Assembly (NCBI GenBank): GCA_965222115.1
Contig: CBDCTJ010000007.1
Coordinates: forward strand, 2,880,001 to 2,944,000
DNA from: Planctomycetota bacterium
GTDB taxonomy: Bacteria; Planctomycetota; PLA2; JAEUHO01
Reading direction: 5' to 3'
DNA length: 64,000 nt
A model generated the notes under the pieces. It was not told the origin of the DNA. It saw nothing but the letters and a program-made list of their open reading frames with translations, and searched no databases. Positions 50,716 through 59,907 of the stretch are shown piece after piece. A program made the position numbers and the translations under genes. Numbering within the stretch: the stretch's first letter is position 1; each line of letters begins with the position of its first letter.

Positions 50716-51237
50716 ATGGAAGAGTCCAGTCCAGAAGAACCCAGCTCGCTAGATCGTGACCGCGATGAAACGCGCGAAAAGCACATGCGTGCTGCACTTC
50801 GTGAGGCTCAAAAGGCCATGGGCGACAACGTGGGTGGACCGTTCGGCGCCGTCATCGTTCGTGAGGGATTGATCGTGGCGCGCGGCCGCAATCGCGTGCT
50901 GGCTTCGAAGGACCCCACGGCCCACGCGGAGATCGTAGCCATTCGCGCCGCGGCCGATGCGCTTGGCACACACGACCTGAGCGGCACCACGTTGTTCTCG
51001 TCCTGTGAACCGTGCCCGATGTGTCTCGCCGCGTCGTTTTGGGCGCGAATCGACGCGATCTGGTACGCGGGCTCTCGACATGACGCCGCGGCCATTGGAT
51101 TTGATGACGAGACGTTCTACGACGAGTTCGCGCGACCGCCGGAAGACCGTCACGTGCCCATTCGCCAACTTCTGGGCGAGAAAGGCGCCGAGATTCTCTC
51201 GTCCTGGGGGGAGCGGTCCGGACGGACGCTTTACTAA
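50716..51237 (+). CDS. Zinc-dependent nucleoside deaminase, guanine deaminase (GuaD-like)
   Basis: GGPFGAVIV, DPTAHAE, SCEPCPMC, IGFDD, C-terminal LY. Confidence 0.9.
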   Translation: MEESSPEEPSSLDRDRDETREKHMRAALREAQKAMGDNVGGPFGAVIVREGLIVARGRNRVLASKDPTAHAEIVAIRAAADALGTHDLSGTTLFSSCEPCPMCLAASFWARIDAIWYAGSRHDAAAIGFDDETFYDEFARPPEDRHVPIRQLLGEKGAEILSSWGERSGRTLY

Positions 51238-51347
51238 CGGTGGCTAGCCACTTACACGCGAAATCTCGCAACCCGTGCATCAAGTTGGGGTATCAACAGG
51301 CAAGGCCCCTCGCCATGCCAAGAGTGCTGCGCGACTGGAGTATCGTC

Positions 51348-52256
51348 ATGCTGAAGTTTTCAACCGGGTCGATCGTGCCCGCATCCGCCCTCTTCATGGC
51401 CGCGTGCCTCGTCTTTGGCGCACTCGGCGGCGTCGTCTATGCCAAGGAAGCACCGGGCGCAGAGCCGAAGCCAGGTGCCCGCGATGCCGAGGATGCGGTG
51501 CGCTCCACCGAAGAACTCGTTGAGGCCCTCAAGAGCAAATCGCCCGACGAACTCACCACCGCCGCCAACGAGGCCGCCAAGGTTCCCGATCATGAGTTGC
51601 TGCGCCCCCTTACAAAGTTGCTGAGCAACAAAGATCGAGCGGTTCGAATCGCAGCCGTTGATGCGCTGAAGACCCGGCAAGAGAAGGCCGATCGCAAGAA
51701 GGCCGCGAGTTCGCTTGGTGCACACCTCAACAAACGCACCAAGCTCGAAGATTTGCCAGAACGCCTTGCCGTGATCTATGCGTTGCATGATCTCGCAGAA
51801 CCCGGCTCGATGAAGGCGTTGCTTGATGGCATTGACCGCAATATGGAAGCGGGCGAGGTGAGTGCGCGACTCAAGGCGGTCGCCAATGTGCCGAGCAAAG
51901 AAGCCATTGAGCTACTCATCAAGTTTATGGACTCCGGCGGGCGTCGCGATCGCCCCGGTCAACGCGGCGCCGCCGACGGTGCGCTCCGCTACGCAACAGG
52001 TGCCGGCAATATCCGCAAGCAATGGAATCGCATCAAAGGCCGTGGCGGTGACAATGCTTGGCGTGAGTGGTGGCGCGAGAACAAGAAGACCTTTGACCCC
52101 AAGGCCGCCGCCGCAAAACGCGAAGAAGCACGCAAAGAAGCCGCCGAGAAGGAAGCCAAGCGTCTCGAAAAGCGAAAGAAGAAAAAGGAACGCGCCAAGC
52201 AGAAGAAAAAGGGCAAAAAGAAGCACCAAAAGGAGCCTCAGGGAGAAGAGGCGTAG
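51348..52256 (+). CDS. Secreted HEAT-repeat protein with Lys-rich tail
   Basis: GGAG RBS, signal peptide ending VYA, HEAT-like repeats, WREWWRENK motif, poly-Lys C-terminus. Confidence 0.78.
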   Translation: MLKFSTGSIVPASALFMAACLVFGALGGVVYAKEAPGAEPKPGARDAEDAVRSTEELVEALKSKSPDELTTAANEAAKVPDHELLRPLTKLLSNKDRAVRIAAVDALKTRQEKADRKKAASSLGAHLNKRTKLEDLPERLAVIYALHDLAEPGSMKALLDGIDRNMEAGEVSARLKAVANVPSKEAIELLIKFMDSGGRRDRPGQRGAADGALRYATGAGNIRKQWNRIKGRGGDNAWREWWRENKKTFDPKAAAAKREEARKEAAEKEAKRLEKRKKKKERAKQKKKGKKKHQKEPQGEEA

Positions 52257-52281
52257 ACGCTATCCAGACCGGACAAGGGCC

Positions 52282-55200
52282 CTACTTCTTGTCTTCCCCG
52301 AGTTTGCGGGCTTTGCCCAAACCAACACGTGCAATGCGGTGCAACAAACCCATTTTCGCTTCGCCAATGCCAATGCAGTGTATCTCGCAGTGGCGGAAGA
52401 AGTTGCGGCGAAAGAGGTCGAGCATGAAGTCGCCGGAGCCCGATGCGTAGGGACCGGGGTAGTTGAGGGTGGGCGTGTCTTTGGCTTTGATCCCGGTTTC
52501 ACGGTCCACGACGGCGTGATCATTGGGATCGCGCTTGTCGTTCTTGACGAAATCATCAACCGTGGGTGCTCCATCAGACAACACGAAGATGGAATCGCAG
52601 CCCTCGAGATTTCCCTTCTTGTTGATGTAGACGTAGCCACTCATGGACTTGCCCAGGGTTCGCGTGAGCGCTTTGGCGATCCCTCCGTGCAAGTTGGTTT
52701 CGCCCATGAGCGACCCCCACTTGACCTGCGTCTTGTGTTTTCCTTCGCCGGTCTTGCCGGGCTTGATTGCGTAGAGTTCGCTAATCGCCTTATTGACATT
52801 GGCGGGCGTGGTTTCAATTAACTTCGTCGTGCATTTGAGTGGCTCAGCCTCGCTCCCAAACTTCACGACACAGAAATGGGTCTTTGGCGGCAGGTCGAGC
52901 AATGACTGCATAACAAGCGCGCGTGCGAGGTCAAAGCGCGTCTTTACACGTCGCCAATCCACCGCATCTTCGGGTCGCTTGGGTTTGGACGGCGCCCCGG
53001 TAACCACCTTGGGCATTTCGCGCGGCTCAAGCGGCGTCAACATCGAATCGCTCATGTCAATTACATAGGCGATGCGGGTACCGCTTGCGATCAGACCCGC
53101 GAACGTTGGTCCGTACCCCCGCACTTCGCCGCCCGCGCCGCTACCTCCTGCGCGAACTTCACGCATCCACAGGCTCTTGTCGAGTCCTTGGGGAGATACC
53201 TCCAGTCCGTAAGCAATGTGGCGCACCACGGTGAGCTTGGTACGGCGTAGTGTCTCTTTGTCATCAAATGTATCGAGCAGCGCGAGCGCGGCCTGCTTGT
53301 AGTCATCCTCGTCGTGACGTGTCCCCATGGCAGAGAAGGCAGAGGCCATGGCTTCGATGAGCAACATTCGCTCGTTTGGCTTGAGTTTGGACGCACGCAG
53401 TTCCTTCGTCCAAATAGGTATTTTCGCAAGCAATTCACGATCTTGTTGAGATGCCATTGCCCGTATGGCGGCAGCCCGAAGAAAGAGATCATGCCCGAAC
53501 GCGGCGGTCGTTCGTGCCGACCGATCATCGCCGGCACGGTTGGCGAGCGAAAGACCGCGAAACCAGAGCCAGGCATCTCGCCGCTGTTGATGTTCGCCTC
53601 GCCACCAAGCAAACGTGGGTAGCGCACCCTGATTGCCAAACGCACGCAGGGCCATATCGACAATGGTCTGCTGCGTCTCAGGGCGGGGCTCCTTGCACGT
53701 CGCGTAGTCGTATACCAGTGTCTCCAGTGCCCGGATATCGGCGCCCTGCAGAAACGATCGTCGCCCGCGTGTTCGCTTGTTCAGACTTGGACGTTTCAAC
53801 TGCTTGGCGAGTGCCTTCTTGCGCTTGCCAAATGCATCATCTGACTCGCCAAACGATCGCGGGCGAAGCAGTGTGTCCCAACCATGTCGCAAGTCACCGA
53901 GCGGGCTCGACACAGAAGCGTTCTCAATGACACGCGTTTGGGCTGGGTGCGCGGTGTGGAGTGCAATCGCTGCGAACTCGGCACGCATGGCGCGACGCCA
54001 ATAGGCAAGGTCGCAGGAGAGCAATGCGGGATCCGGATACGCTCCCCACGCCGCCAACCCCAATGGAAGCGTGCGGGCGGGCGCCCTGCGACTCTTGATC
54101 GACTTTGCGACCCACGAATCAACCTGTGTAGGCGACGCAGACAATGCGATAAGCGTATCGAATCCACTCAGCATCACTTTGTCATCGATCGGCATGTCTT
54201 TGTTGGCAACGCCTCCCTGCGCCAATGAACACGCCCTTCGCAGTCCGGCGTGCAAGTCGGCGGCTCCCTCACGCTTCAAGTCGTAGAGGGCATCAAGAAT
54301 AATCTTCTTGTTGGCGGCCGTGGCCGCGACCCATGTCCCTAAGCCCGACTGCTCGATCTTGAATCGGTGGGCGTAGGGAATCACGGCAACGTGGTCATGG
54401 GGCTTTAACTGTTCCAAGATGCTGCGAACAAGTAGACGCTGCAGCTCAAGGATGGTTTTCGGTTGCTTGAACTCCGGCACAAGTCGGACAGCCGTTTCCT
54501 TGTCAGCCGGCGCATCCGTAAAGTTCGATGCATCGACAAGAATGGCAAAGCGGGAGCCCACCAACTCACGCACACCCACATCCACCGACGTCAACCGGGC
54601 GGCATCACTCTTCTTCGTGCGCACCGGGCGATCGCGATGCTTCGCCCAGGTAGATGATTCCGTGTAGGCGTGCTTCGCGTCGTAGAGTTTCTGTAGCGAC
54701 CGAGCGATCACGACTTTGGTACGTACTGGTGTCGCGGCGTCATCAAGGCGCTTCTCGAGCAAGTCCGCGGCCGCCCGCACCGGCGCCTCCGAAATGCCAC
54801 CCTCAATGCGCGGCAAGCTCACCGCAATCGTCTCAATCCAATCCGACTGACGTGCAGGCTTCTTGGGCAGCATTGAAAGGAATGTGGGTGCCTGTTCGGC
54901 TACGGCGATATGCCCATGTTCGCCAAGTGCGGCGAGAATCGGCAACTTCAGTTCGTGGGGAAACTCCTCATCGGCTAGGTAGGCCAACGCCTCGTCTACA
55001 CCCGGTGAGGTACGCGCGTCCACCAGCATGGACGTATACCAGAGCCACTCATGCCCCGGCCGGTCATAGGCCAACCGCAACGCCTTGCGCTGTTCGTACT
55101 GCTTCGGCCGTTGAAAATAGCGCGCCAACTGCGCCGCCGCCACGACCCGCGAACGCCCCGAGTCCCTCTTCGGACTGGCGTAGGCTTTCTTCAATGTCTC

Positions 55201-55404
55201 AAACGCATCGGGTGTTCCCATGCGCGCATAACGCTCAAGCGCCGGAAACCGAATGCTCGGCGACGCATGATTCCCCGCATCGTTCGCATCGCGCTTGGGA
55301 TCGACGTACCCCTTACCTTCGGCGATAGGCGGCCCCAACGACCCAACCAATGCCACAAGGGCTGCGAATCGTATCGTTGCCAACACTCGAGGATGATGAA
55401 GCAT
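52282..55404 (-). CDS. Large secreted protein with tandem (helical repeat + vWA) x2 architecture
   Basis: Signal peptide; vWA1 FAILVDASNF; vWA2 IAYVIDMSDSM...GETNLHGGI...FVLSDGAP...IHCIGIGE. Confidence 0.82.
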   Translation of the reverse strand: MLHHPRVLATIRFAALVALVGSLGPPIAEGKGYVDPKRDANDAGNHASPSIRFPALERYARMGTPDAFETLKKAYASPKRDSGRSRVVAAAQLARYFQRPKQYEQRKALRLAYDRPGHEWLWYTSMLVDARTSPGVDEALAYLADEEFPHELKLPILAALGEHGHIAVAEQAPTFLSMLPKKPARQSDWIETIAVSLPRIEGGISEAPVRAAADLLEKRLDDAATPVRTKVVIARSLQKLYDAKHAYTESSTWAKHRDRPVRTKKSDAARLTSVDVGVRELVGSRFAILVDASNFTDAPADKETAVRLVPEFKQPKTILELQRLLVRSILEQLKPHDHVAVIPYAHRFKIEQSGLGTWVAATAANKKIILDALYDLKREGAADLHAGLRRACSLAQGGVANKDMPIDDKVMLSGFDTLIALSASPTQVDSWVAKSIKSRRAPARTLPLGLAAWGAYPDPALLSCDLAYWRRAMRAEFAAIALHTAHPAQTRVIENASVSSPLGDLRHGWDTLLRPRSFGESDDAFGKRKKALAKQLKRPSLNKRTRGRRSFLQGADIRALETLVYDYATCKEPRPETQQTIVDMALRAFGNQGALPTFAWWRGEHQQRRDAWLWFRGLSLANRAGDDRSARTTAAFGHDLFLRAAAIRAMASQQDRELLAKIPIWTKELRASKLKPNERMLLIEAMASAFSAMGTRHDEDDYKQAALALLDTFDDKETLRRTKLTVVRHIAYGLEVSPQGLDKSLWMREVRAGGSGAGGEVRGYGPTFAGLIASGTRIAYVIDMSDSMLTPLEPREMPKVVTGAPSKPKRPEDAVDWRRVKTRFDLARALVMQSLLDLPPKTHFCVVKFGSEAEPLKCTTKLIETTPANVNKAISELYAIKPGKTGEGKHKTQVKWGSLMGETNLHGGIAKALTRTLGKSMSGYVYINKKGNLEGCDSIFVLSDGAPTVDDFVKNDKRDPNDHAVVDRETGIKAKDTPTLNYPGPYASGSGDFMLDLFRRNFFRHCEIHCIGIGEAKMGLLHRIARVGLGKARKLGEDKK

Positions 55405-55500
55405 TGGAAGATTGTAGAGCCAGGCGCGAACAGTAAAGCGCCGTGGCGAGTGCGAGCGGTCGTAGCTGGCGAAATTCTCGGTACTGCGACGATTGTGTGT

Positions 55501-55628
55501 CCACGTCCACGTCCACGTCCACGTCCACGAGTCGGCGTGAATCGATCTTCGGATGACCACTCTTAAGTACGGGTCTCGGGTAGCGGGTGACGGGTGACGA
55601 AGTGCGAATCATTCGAATCATTCGAATC
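55501..55628. repeat. Dispersed composite repeat family A, partial copy 2, with (CCACGT)x4, (CGGGTGA)x2 and (CGAATCATT)x2.7
   Basis: Arrays read directly. The linker TCTTAAGTACGGGTCTCGGG matches TCTTGAGTACGGGTATCGGG at 59292. Confidence 0.82.
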
Positions 55629-55813
55629 TGCACCCGGCACGTTCCTCGAATCAGATCCGACGCTCACCGAGTCATACTCACTTTGCAACTCTGAACAGTT
55701 GCGCTTCTTCCTGAGATATATCTCTTACAACGAACACCTAATCGAGCTTAGGCCTAGGATCGAGCATACGTCGCCGGTACACCGCATCGCTTTCTTCGTT
55801 CCGGGATCCTCGA

Positions 55814-58800
55814 TTACTTCTCCGCTGGTATCTGGATCTCGGTTGTCTCTCCCGCGACAATTTCAAACGAGCCAATGCCGATTCGGTTCTTTACGTCCTG
55901 TGAGAACAACCTTGACTGATCCATTCTCATGACCTCAATCGAATCCTTTGTGACTGCAAGCAACTCGTAACGCCCAGCAATCATCGACTTCATAAACGCC
56001 TTGCCTTCTCGGATAGGCCCAATACCGCTCACGGTGCGTAGCCCGCCACCCAACTCAGCCACCACGATCAATATCGCATTCGACCGATCATACCTCTTTC
56101 CTATTGAAACGCGAAGTGACCCCGTCGACAACGATACGTCGTGTTCGATGTCCTCGCTGCTTGCTTCGGCGGCGATGAACGTCCGATGAACGCCATGGGC
56201 TAGGTCAACGGGTAGGAAGTAAACGAAGCATGCCCCCTCATGGGAAAGCTCAAAATCGTACATTCCCTTCTGATCGGCTTTTCCTGCCGCGAGCGGCCCA
56301 TCCCCCAATGTCATGCTGAACAGGAAGGCGATGGGAACCGACCGCGAAACAGCAAGTCTGCACCCCACCGCTGGCGATCCATTCATCGAGATGCGGCCTC
56401 GTACATGCACATGCCCGGCTGCAGGTAGGGTCGATGTAATCTCATGGATCGCAGTCTTCGCGTGTTGTACTTCGACGTTCCACGGAATCACTCGTTCACC
56501 GGGCGATGGACCGCTCGTCATGCTCATCGACGCTTCGTCTGACCGAATATCACGCCTGACCAAGCGCACTTCATACCTCCCTGGCATGAGCAGGCTAAAC
56601 GTGTACGCGCCGTGCTCATCGGTCCTCGTAGTGCGGGGGTGTCCATCGCCACGAGAGATTCCAACAATCACATTCCTCACACCATGACCGTGATTTCCCC
56701 GCACGTGGCCGCGAAGTGAACCGCCTTCATCGAGCGAGAGTTTGAGATCCGTCACCCTGGTTTCATTGGTGAACTCGATTCGCTGCGACTCGGCGGGCGC
56801 GAAGCCTTCGGCTTCCGCTCGCACGATGTGTGCTCCTTGATCTTCAGCGGACAGTGCAAAGCGACCGTCCATCGTTGTGCTTGTCGAGTGTGTTGAACTC
56901 ATCGGATTTGCCCACAGAGGAAATCCGAGACGTGTCGCACCTTCGGTGTCGTCAAACACGCGAAACAGTCGTACCGTGGCGCCCTCGAATGGTTTGCCGT
57001 TCGCCATGACGATCCCAGTAACGCCTCCCATTCCCTGAAGCGTAACATTGAGTGGATCGGGCACATCGGCGCGCGTATAGGGACCTAGTGCCACTTTCTG
57101 GTACCCACGTGCATCAACGATCAGCTCAAACGGGACTCCATCGGGTATCTCCGCATCGACGTAGTCAAGTCCATCTCTGGGGTACGAATTAGAACTCCCT
57201 TCCGTCGATTTGCAACGGACCGTAACGTGATTGGGTTGGACACCGTCGGTTGTATCGATATTCACGCGTACTGTGTCGACCTTGCGTAAGACAAAGTCAT
57301 GGACGGTAGGCGAACCGATCAGATTGACGAATGTACTTGATGTAAATCCTCTGAAGTTGCTCTTGGCTTGAATCGTGGCCTTGGCGTCCTTAGGTAGATA
57401 CAACTCAAACGCGCCGGACGAATCAGGGTAGATCGTTGTATTCCACCTTCCGTACTCGTAATTTACCTTGGCGTGTACATCCACAGATCGAACCGCACGA
57501 CCATCTTCGAATCGCACGATGCCCCGAACCGCATCCTTGGGCCCCAATGGTCTGAGTACGACCTCAACGTCATCAATGGTCCTGCCTGACACCACTTCTA
57601 ACAGCTCGCTGAATGCGCTATGTCTACCCCTTGCATGTGCGAGTACGCACACGACATCTTCGCCTACCCCGCGGAGCAGAAATGTCCCGTCGCCGGATGT
57701 CTTCGCTGTACTTGGAAAGCATGCAAACCGGTCAAGAAGCAGATGGCGACGGCGCCAGTTGGGCGAGAGAGCATTCGTCGCCGCAATCGCAAGTTCCAGT
57801 GTGACGTCGGCACCTTCCACAGGAACTCCCCGCTCATCAACGACGCGCCCTCGCACCTCGCCACCGGGAGACAATACAATCGTCCCGACGTCTTGATCTT
57901 GTCCGGGCTCGACCTCGATCTTCGCTTCGTTGACGGCGTAATTGGAGGCAAAAAATCGCAAACGAAGATCGCCATGTAGTTCATGCGACCTAAATGAGAA
58001 CTTGCCGTTTGCGTCCGTGGCAGTGAATGGTGCCGAGATCGTGCCCGCGTCGGAACCGTCATCTTCGTTTGTGTCTCCGGAAGATCGTGTCCAACGCGGT
58101 ATACGATAAACAACTGCGCGTTCAATTGGCTGCCCTTCTGCGTCAACCACACGTCCCGACACGCAGATCCCGTGAACGTCGCTCTGCCACCAATCCTCTG
58201 AGCCTTTCTCCATATCCTGCCAACGACGCATGTTCGCGTCCGGCACCGTGAAAGGCCCACGTTTAGTCCCACGACCGCGTAGTCCGACGGGTTGTCCCGT
58301 GGGGTCCATGAGCCCCTCACTCGCGCGCTTGACGACTGTGTCACTTGCATCCGGCTGTCGCAAGATGTGGGAAAGCAAGAAAGCACACGCGACGAGACTT
58401 GCGACAATGCCACCGATGAGCACTTTTTCCATCACGCTGAGGGCCGCAACGGTGACCGTCTCTACCGCGGCGCCACCACCGGTAGCCGCAAAGGGACTGA
58501 GTGCCTTCTGCCAGGCATTGCGATCTGAGTCATAGCGTCCATCAAGTTCGCGGCGCAACAGCACAAGCCCGCGGGCGTGGCGGCTGCGCACGGTAGCAGA
58601 GGCCACTCCTTCTTGCCTTGCGATCTCGGCCATCGAGATGCCATCCAAGTAGTGACGAACGATGGTGGATCGAATCGGATCGTCGAGCACAAGTATGGCC
58701 TGAGCCAGATGACGCTGTGCCTCGACCCGCTCCGCCACGTCAGCGGTTGACGGTGCGTGGCCTCGCTTGCGCCCGACAGCGAGCTCCCGTTTGGCCCGTC

Positions 58801-59029
58801 GTTGCTCGGATCGCCAGCGCGCTTTCGCCCTATTTCGGACCGTTCCCGCCAACCATCCTCGCCGAGTGGCCTTGGGCTCTGGCGATTCCTTCATGGCCGC
58901 AAGCAACGTCTCTTGCGCTACATCGTCCGCCGTTCCCGGATCGTGAATCAGATTCGCTGCCAACCGCCGAATCCACCCCGCTTGCGCTAGCAGTCGTTTC
59001 AGGTCGTAGCTTGCGTCGGGAGTGCTCAT
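55814..59029 (-). CDS. ECF sigma factor fused via a TM helix to repeated carboxypeptidase-regulatory-like beta domains
   Basis: Sigma2 (DDVAQET, GWLAGTVRN), sigma4 (ISMAEIARQEGVASATVRSR), TM VLIGGIVASLVACAFLL, repeats such as GRVVDAEGQPI and GRVVDERGVPVEGA. Confidence 0.88.
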   Translation of the reverse strand: MSTPDASYDLKRLLAQAGWIRRLAANLIHDPGTADDVAQETLLAAMKESPEPKATRRGWLAGTVRNRAKARWRSEQRRAKRELAVGRKRGHAPSTADVAERVEAQRHLAQAILVLDDPIRSTIVRHYLDGISMAEIARQEGVASATVRSRHARGLVLLRRELDGRYDSDRNAWQKALSPFAATGGGAAVETVTVAALSVMEKVLIGGIVASLVACAFLLSHILRQPDASDTVVKRASEGLMDPTGQPVGLRGRGTKRGPFTVPDANMRRWQDMEKGSEDWWQSDVHGICVSGRVVDAEGQPIERAVVYRIPRWTRSSGDTNEDDGSDAGTISAPFTATDANGKFSFRSHELHGDLRLRFFASNYAVNEAKIEVEPGQDQDVGTIVLSPGGEVRGRVVDERGVPVEGADVTLELAIAATNALSPNWRRRHLLLDRFACFPSTAKTSGDGTFLLRGVGEDVVCVLAHARGRHSAFSELLEVVSGRTIDDVEVVLRPLGPKDAVRGIVRFEDGRAVRSVDVHAKVNYEYGRWNTTIYPDSSGAFELYLPKDAKATIQAKSNFRGFTSSTFVNLIGSPTVHDFVLRKVDTVRVNIDTTDGVQPNHVTVRCKSTEGSSNSYPRDGLDYVDAEIPDGVPFELIVDARGYQKVALGPYTRADVPDPLNVTLQGMGGVTGIVMANGKPFEGATVRLFRVFDDTEGATRLGFPLWANPMSSTHSTSTTMDGRFALSAEDQGAHIVRAEAEGFAPAESQRIEFTNETRVTDLKLSLDEGGSLRGHVRGNHGHGVRNVIVGISRGDGHPRTTRTDEHGAYTFSLLMPGRYEVRLVRRDIRSDEASMSMTSGPSPGERVIPWNVEVQHAKTAIHEITSTLPAAGHVHVRGRISMNGSPAVGCRLAVSRSVPIAFLFSMTLGDGPLAAGKADQKGMYDFELSHEGACFVYFLPVDLAHGVHRTFIAAEASSEDIEHDVSLSTGSLRVSIGKRYDRSNAILIVVAELGGGLRTVSGIGPIREGKAFMKSMIAGRYELLAVTKDSIEVMRMDQSRLFSQDVKNRIGIGSFEIVAGETTEIQIPAEK

Positions 59030-59122
59030 ATGCGCGTATCCACATTCTGCGTTACCTAAAGTTGCCGCGCCATCCACTTTCGTTGGTGCCAAACTCCGAA
59101 TTATGCCGCCCACCTGAATTTT

Positions 59123-59363
59123 CCACGTCCACCCTTCGACGCGCACTGCGCTGATCTGAGATCCGCTTGCTTACTCAGGATCTGGTGCAAAAGGGCTTCG
59201 CCAATCTGCTCTCGACGCCCACGTCCACGTCCACGTCCACGTCCACGTCCATGTCCTTTACGCTGGACGAGTCGATTCAATACGCGTTCATTCTTGAGTA
59301 CGGGTATCGGGTTTGGGGTAACGGGTGACGGGTGACGGGTGACAGGTGACAGGTGACGGGAAT
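59123..59363. repeat. Dispersed composite repeat family A, copy 3, with (CCACGT)x5 and (CRGGTGA)x5
   Basis: Aligns to 13822-14019. Hexamer array at 59219-59248, heptamer array at 59322-59356. Confidence 0.88.
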
Positions 59364-59545
59364 CGAGGCGCCAATCGTGCAAACCACAGCCAACATCTTT
59401 CGGCGTTTCTTTCCAGTGTTCGCACGCCCTTTCGCCCCCGCAAGGCTCGACCAAATTTCTGACACGTTCGCTTTGGCCCCGTCGGGGCCACCCTCCTGGC
59501 CACTACTCACCATCCACATGAAAGCTCGTCCCGCGACCCCGGCGA

Positions 59546-59586
59546 TGCTTGGTGTCCTTTGTGAGACCTTTCTTCTTCTCCAAGCC
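59546..59586. repeat. Dispersed repeat family B copy
   Basis: Shares exact GTGTCCTTTGTGAGACC and TTCTTCTCCAAGCC with 35459-35504. Confidence 0.8.
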
Positions 59587-59708
59587 CCGTCTCGCCACCG
59601 GGCGCATTCACGACTTGTCAAATCCGCACCGCTCGACGCTTGCGCCCTGCGCCTCTGCAACTCACCGCCTCTGCGTGAGAACCGCCGCTCCAACGGCGGT
59701 CGCCGGCA

Positions 59709-59885
59709 CTAGTCGCTTTCTTCAGCGCCCTGCGCTTCATTCCGAAGCTCCACCACTTCACGCCCAAGCCGATCCAGCAGCACCCCTTGTTCTACAACGG
59801 TGCAATTGAGTTGCTCGAGCAGGCGTTCCAAGTGCATTAGACGCGACTCGGCTTCGATCAGACGTTCTTCCGTACTCGCGGCCAT
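59709..59885 (-). CDS. slyX: SlyX family protein
   Basis: MAASTEERLIEAESRLMHLERLLEQLNCTVVEQ, coiled-coil signature; GGGAG RBS. Confidence 0.8.
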   Translation of the reverse strand: MAASTEERLIEAESRLMHLERLLEQLNCTVVEQGVLLDRLGREVVELRNEAQGAEESD

Positions 59886-59907
59886 GTCGTACTCCCTTTG
59901 TGTCGTT

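Noticed and set aside
48626-51237. PLD nuclease plus deaminase as an anti-phage system
   Set aside because: They are on opposite strands, the deaminase has ordinary GuaD features, and there is no defence-island context.
55405-55560. N-terminal WTWTWTWT extension of the vWA ORF
   Set aside because: It is a translation of the CCACGT array; the signal peptide starts at ATG 55404.
13822-59363. Diversity-generating retroelement template/variable repeat pair
   Set aside because: No reverse transcriptase, the copies are non-coding, and the differences are not adenine-specific.
59101-59712. ORFs containing SPVTRHP or GRGRGR repeats
   Set aside because: They are artefacts of translating the repeat elements, with no family motifs.
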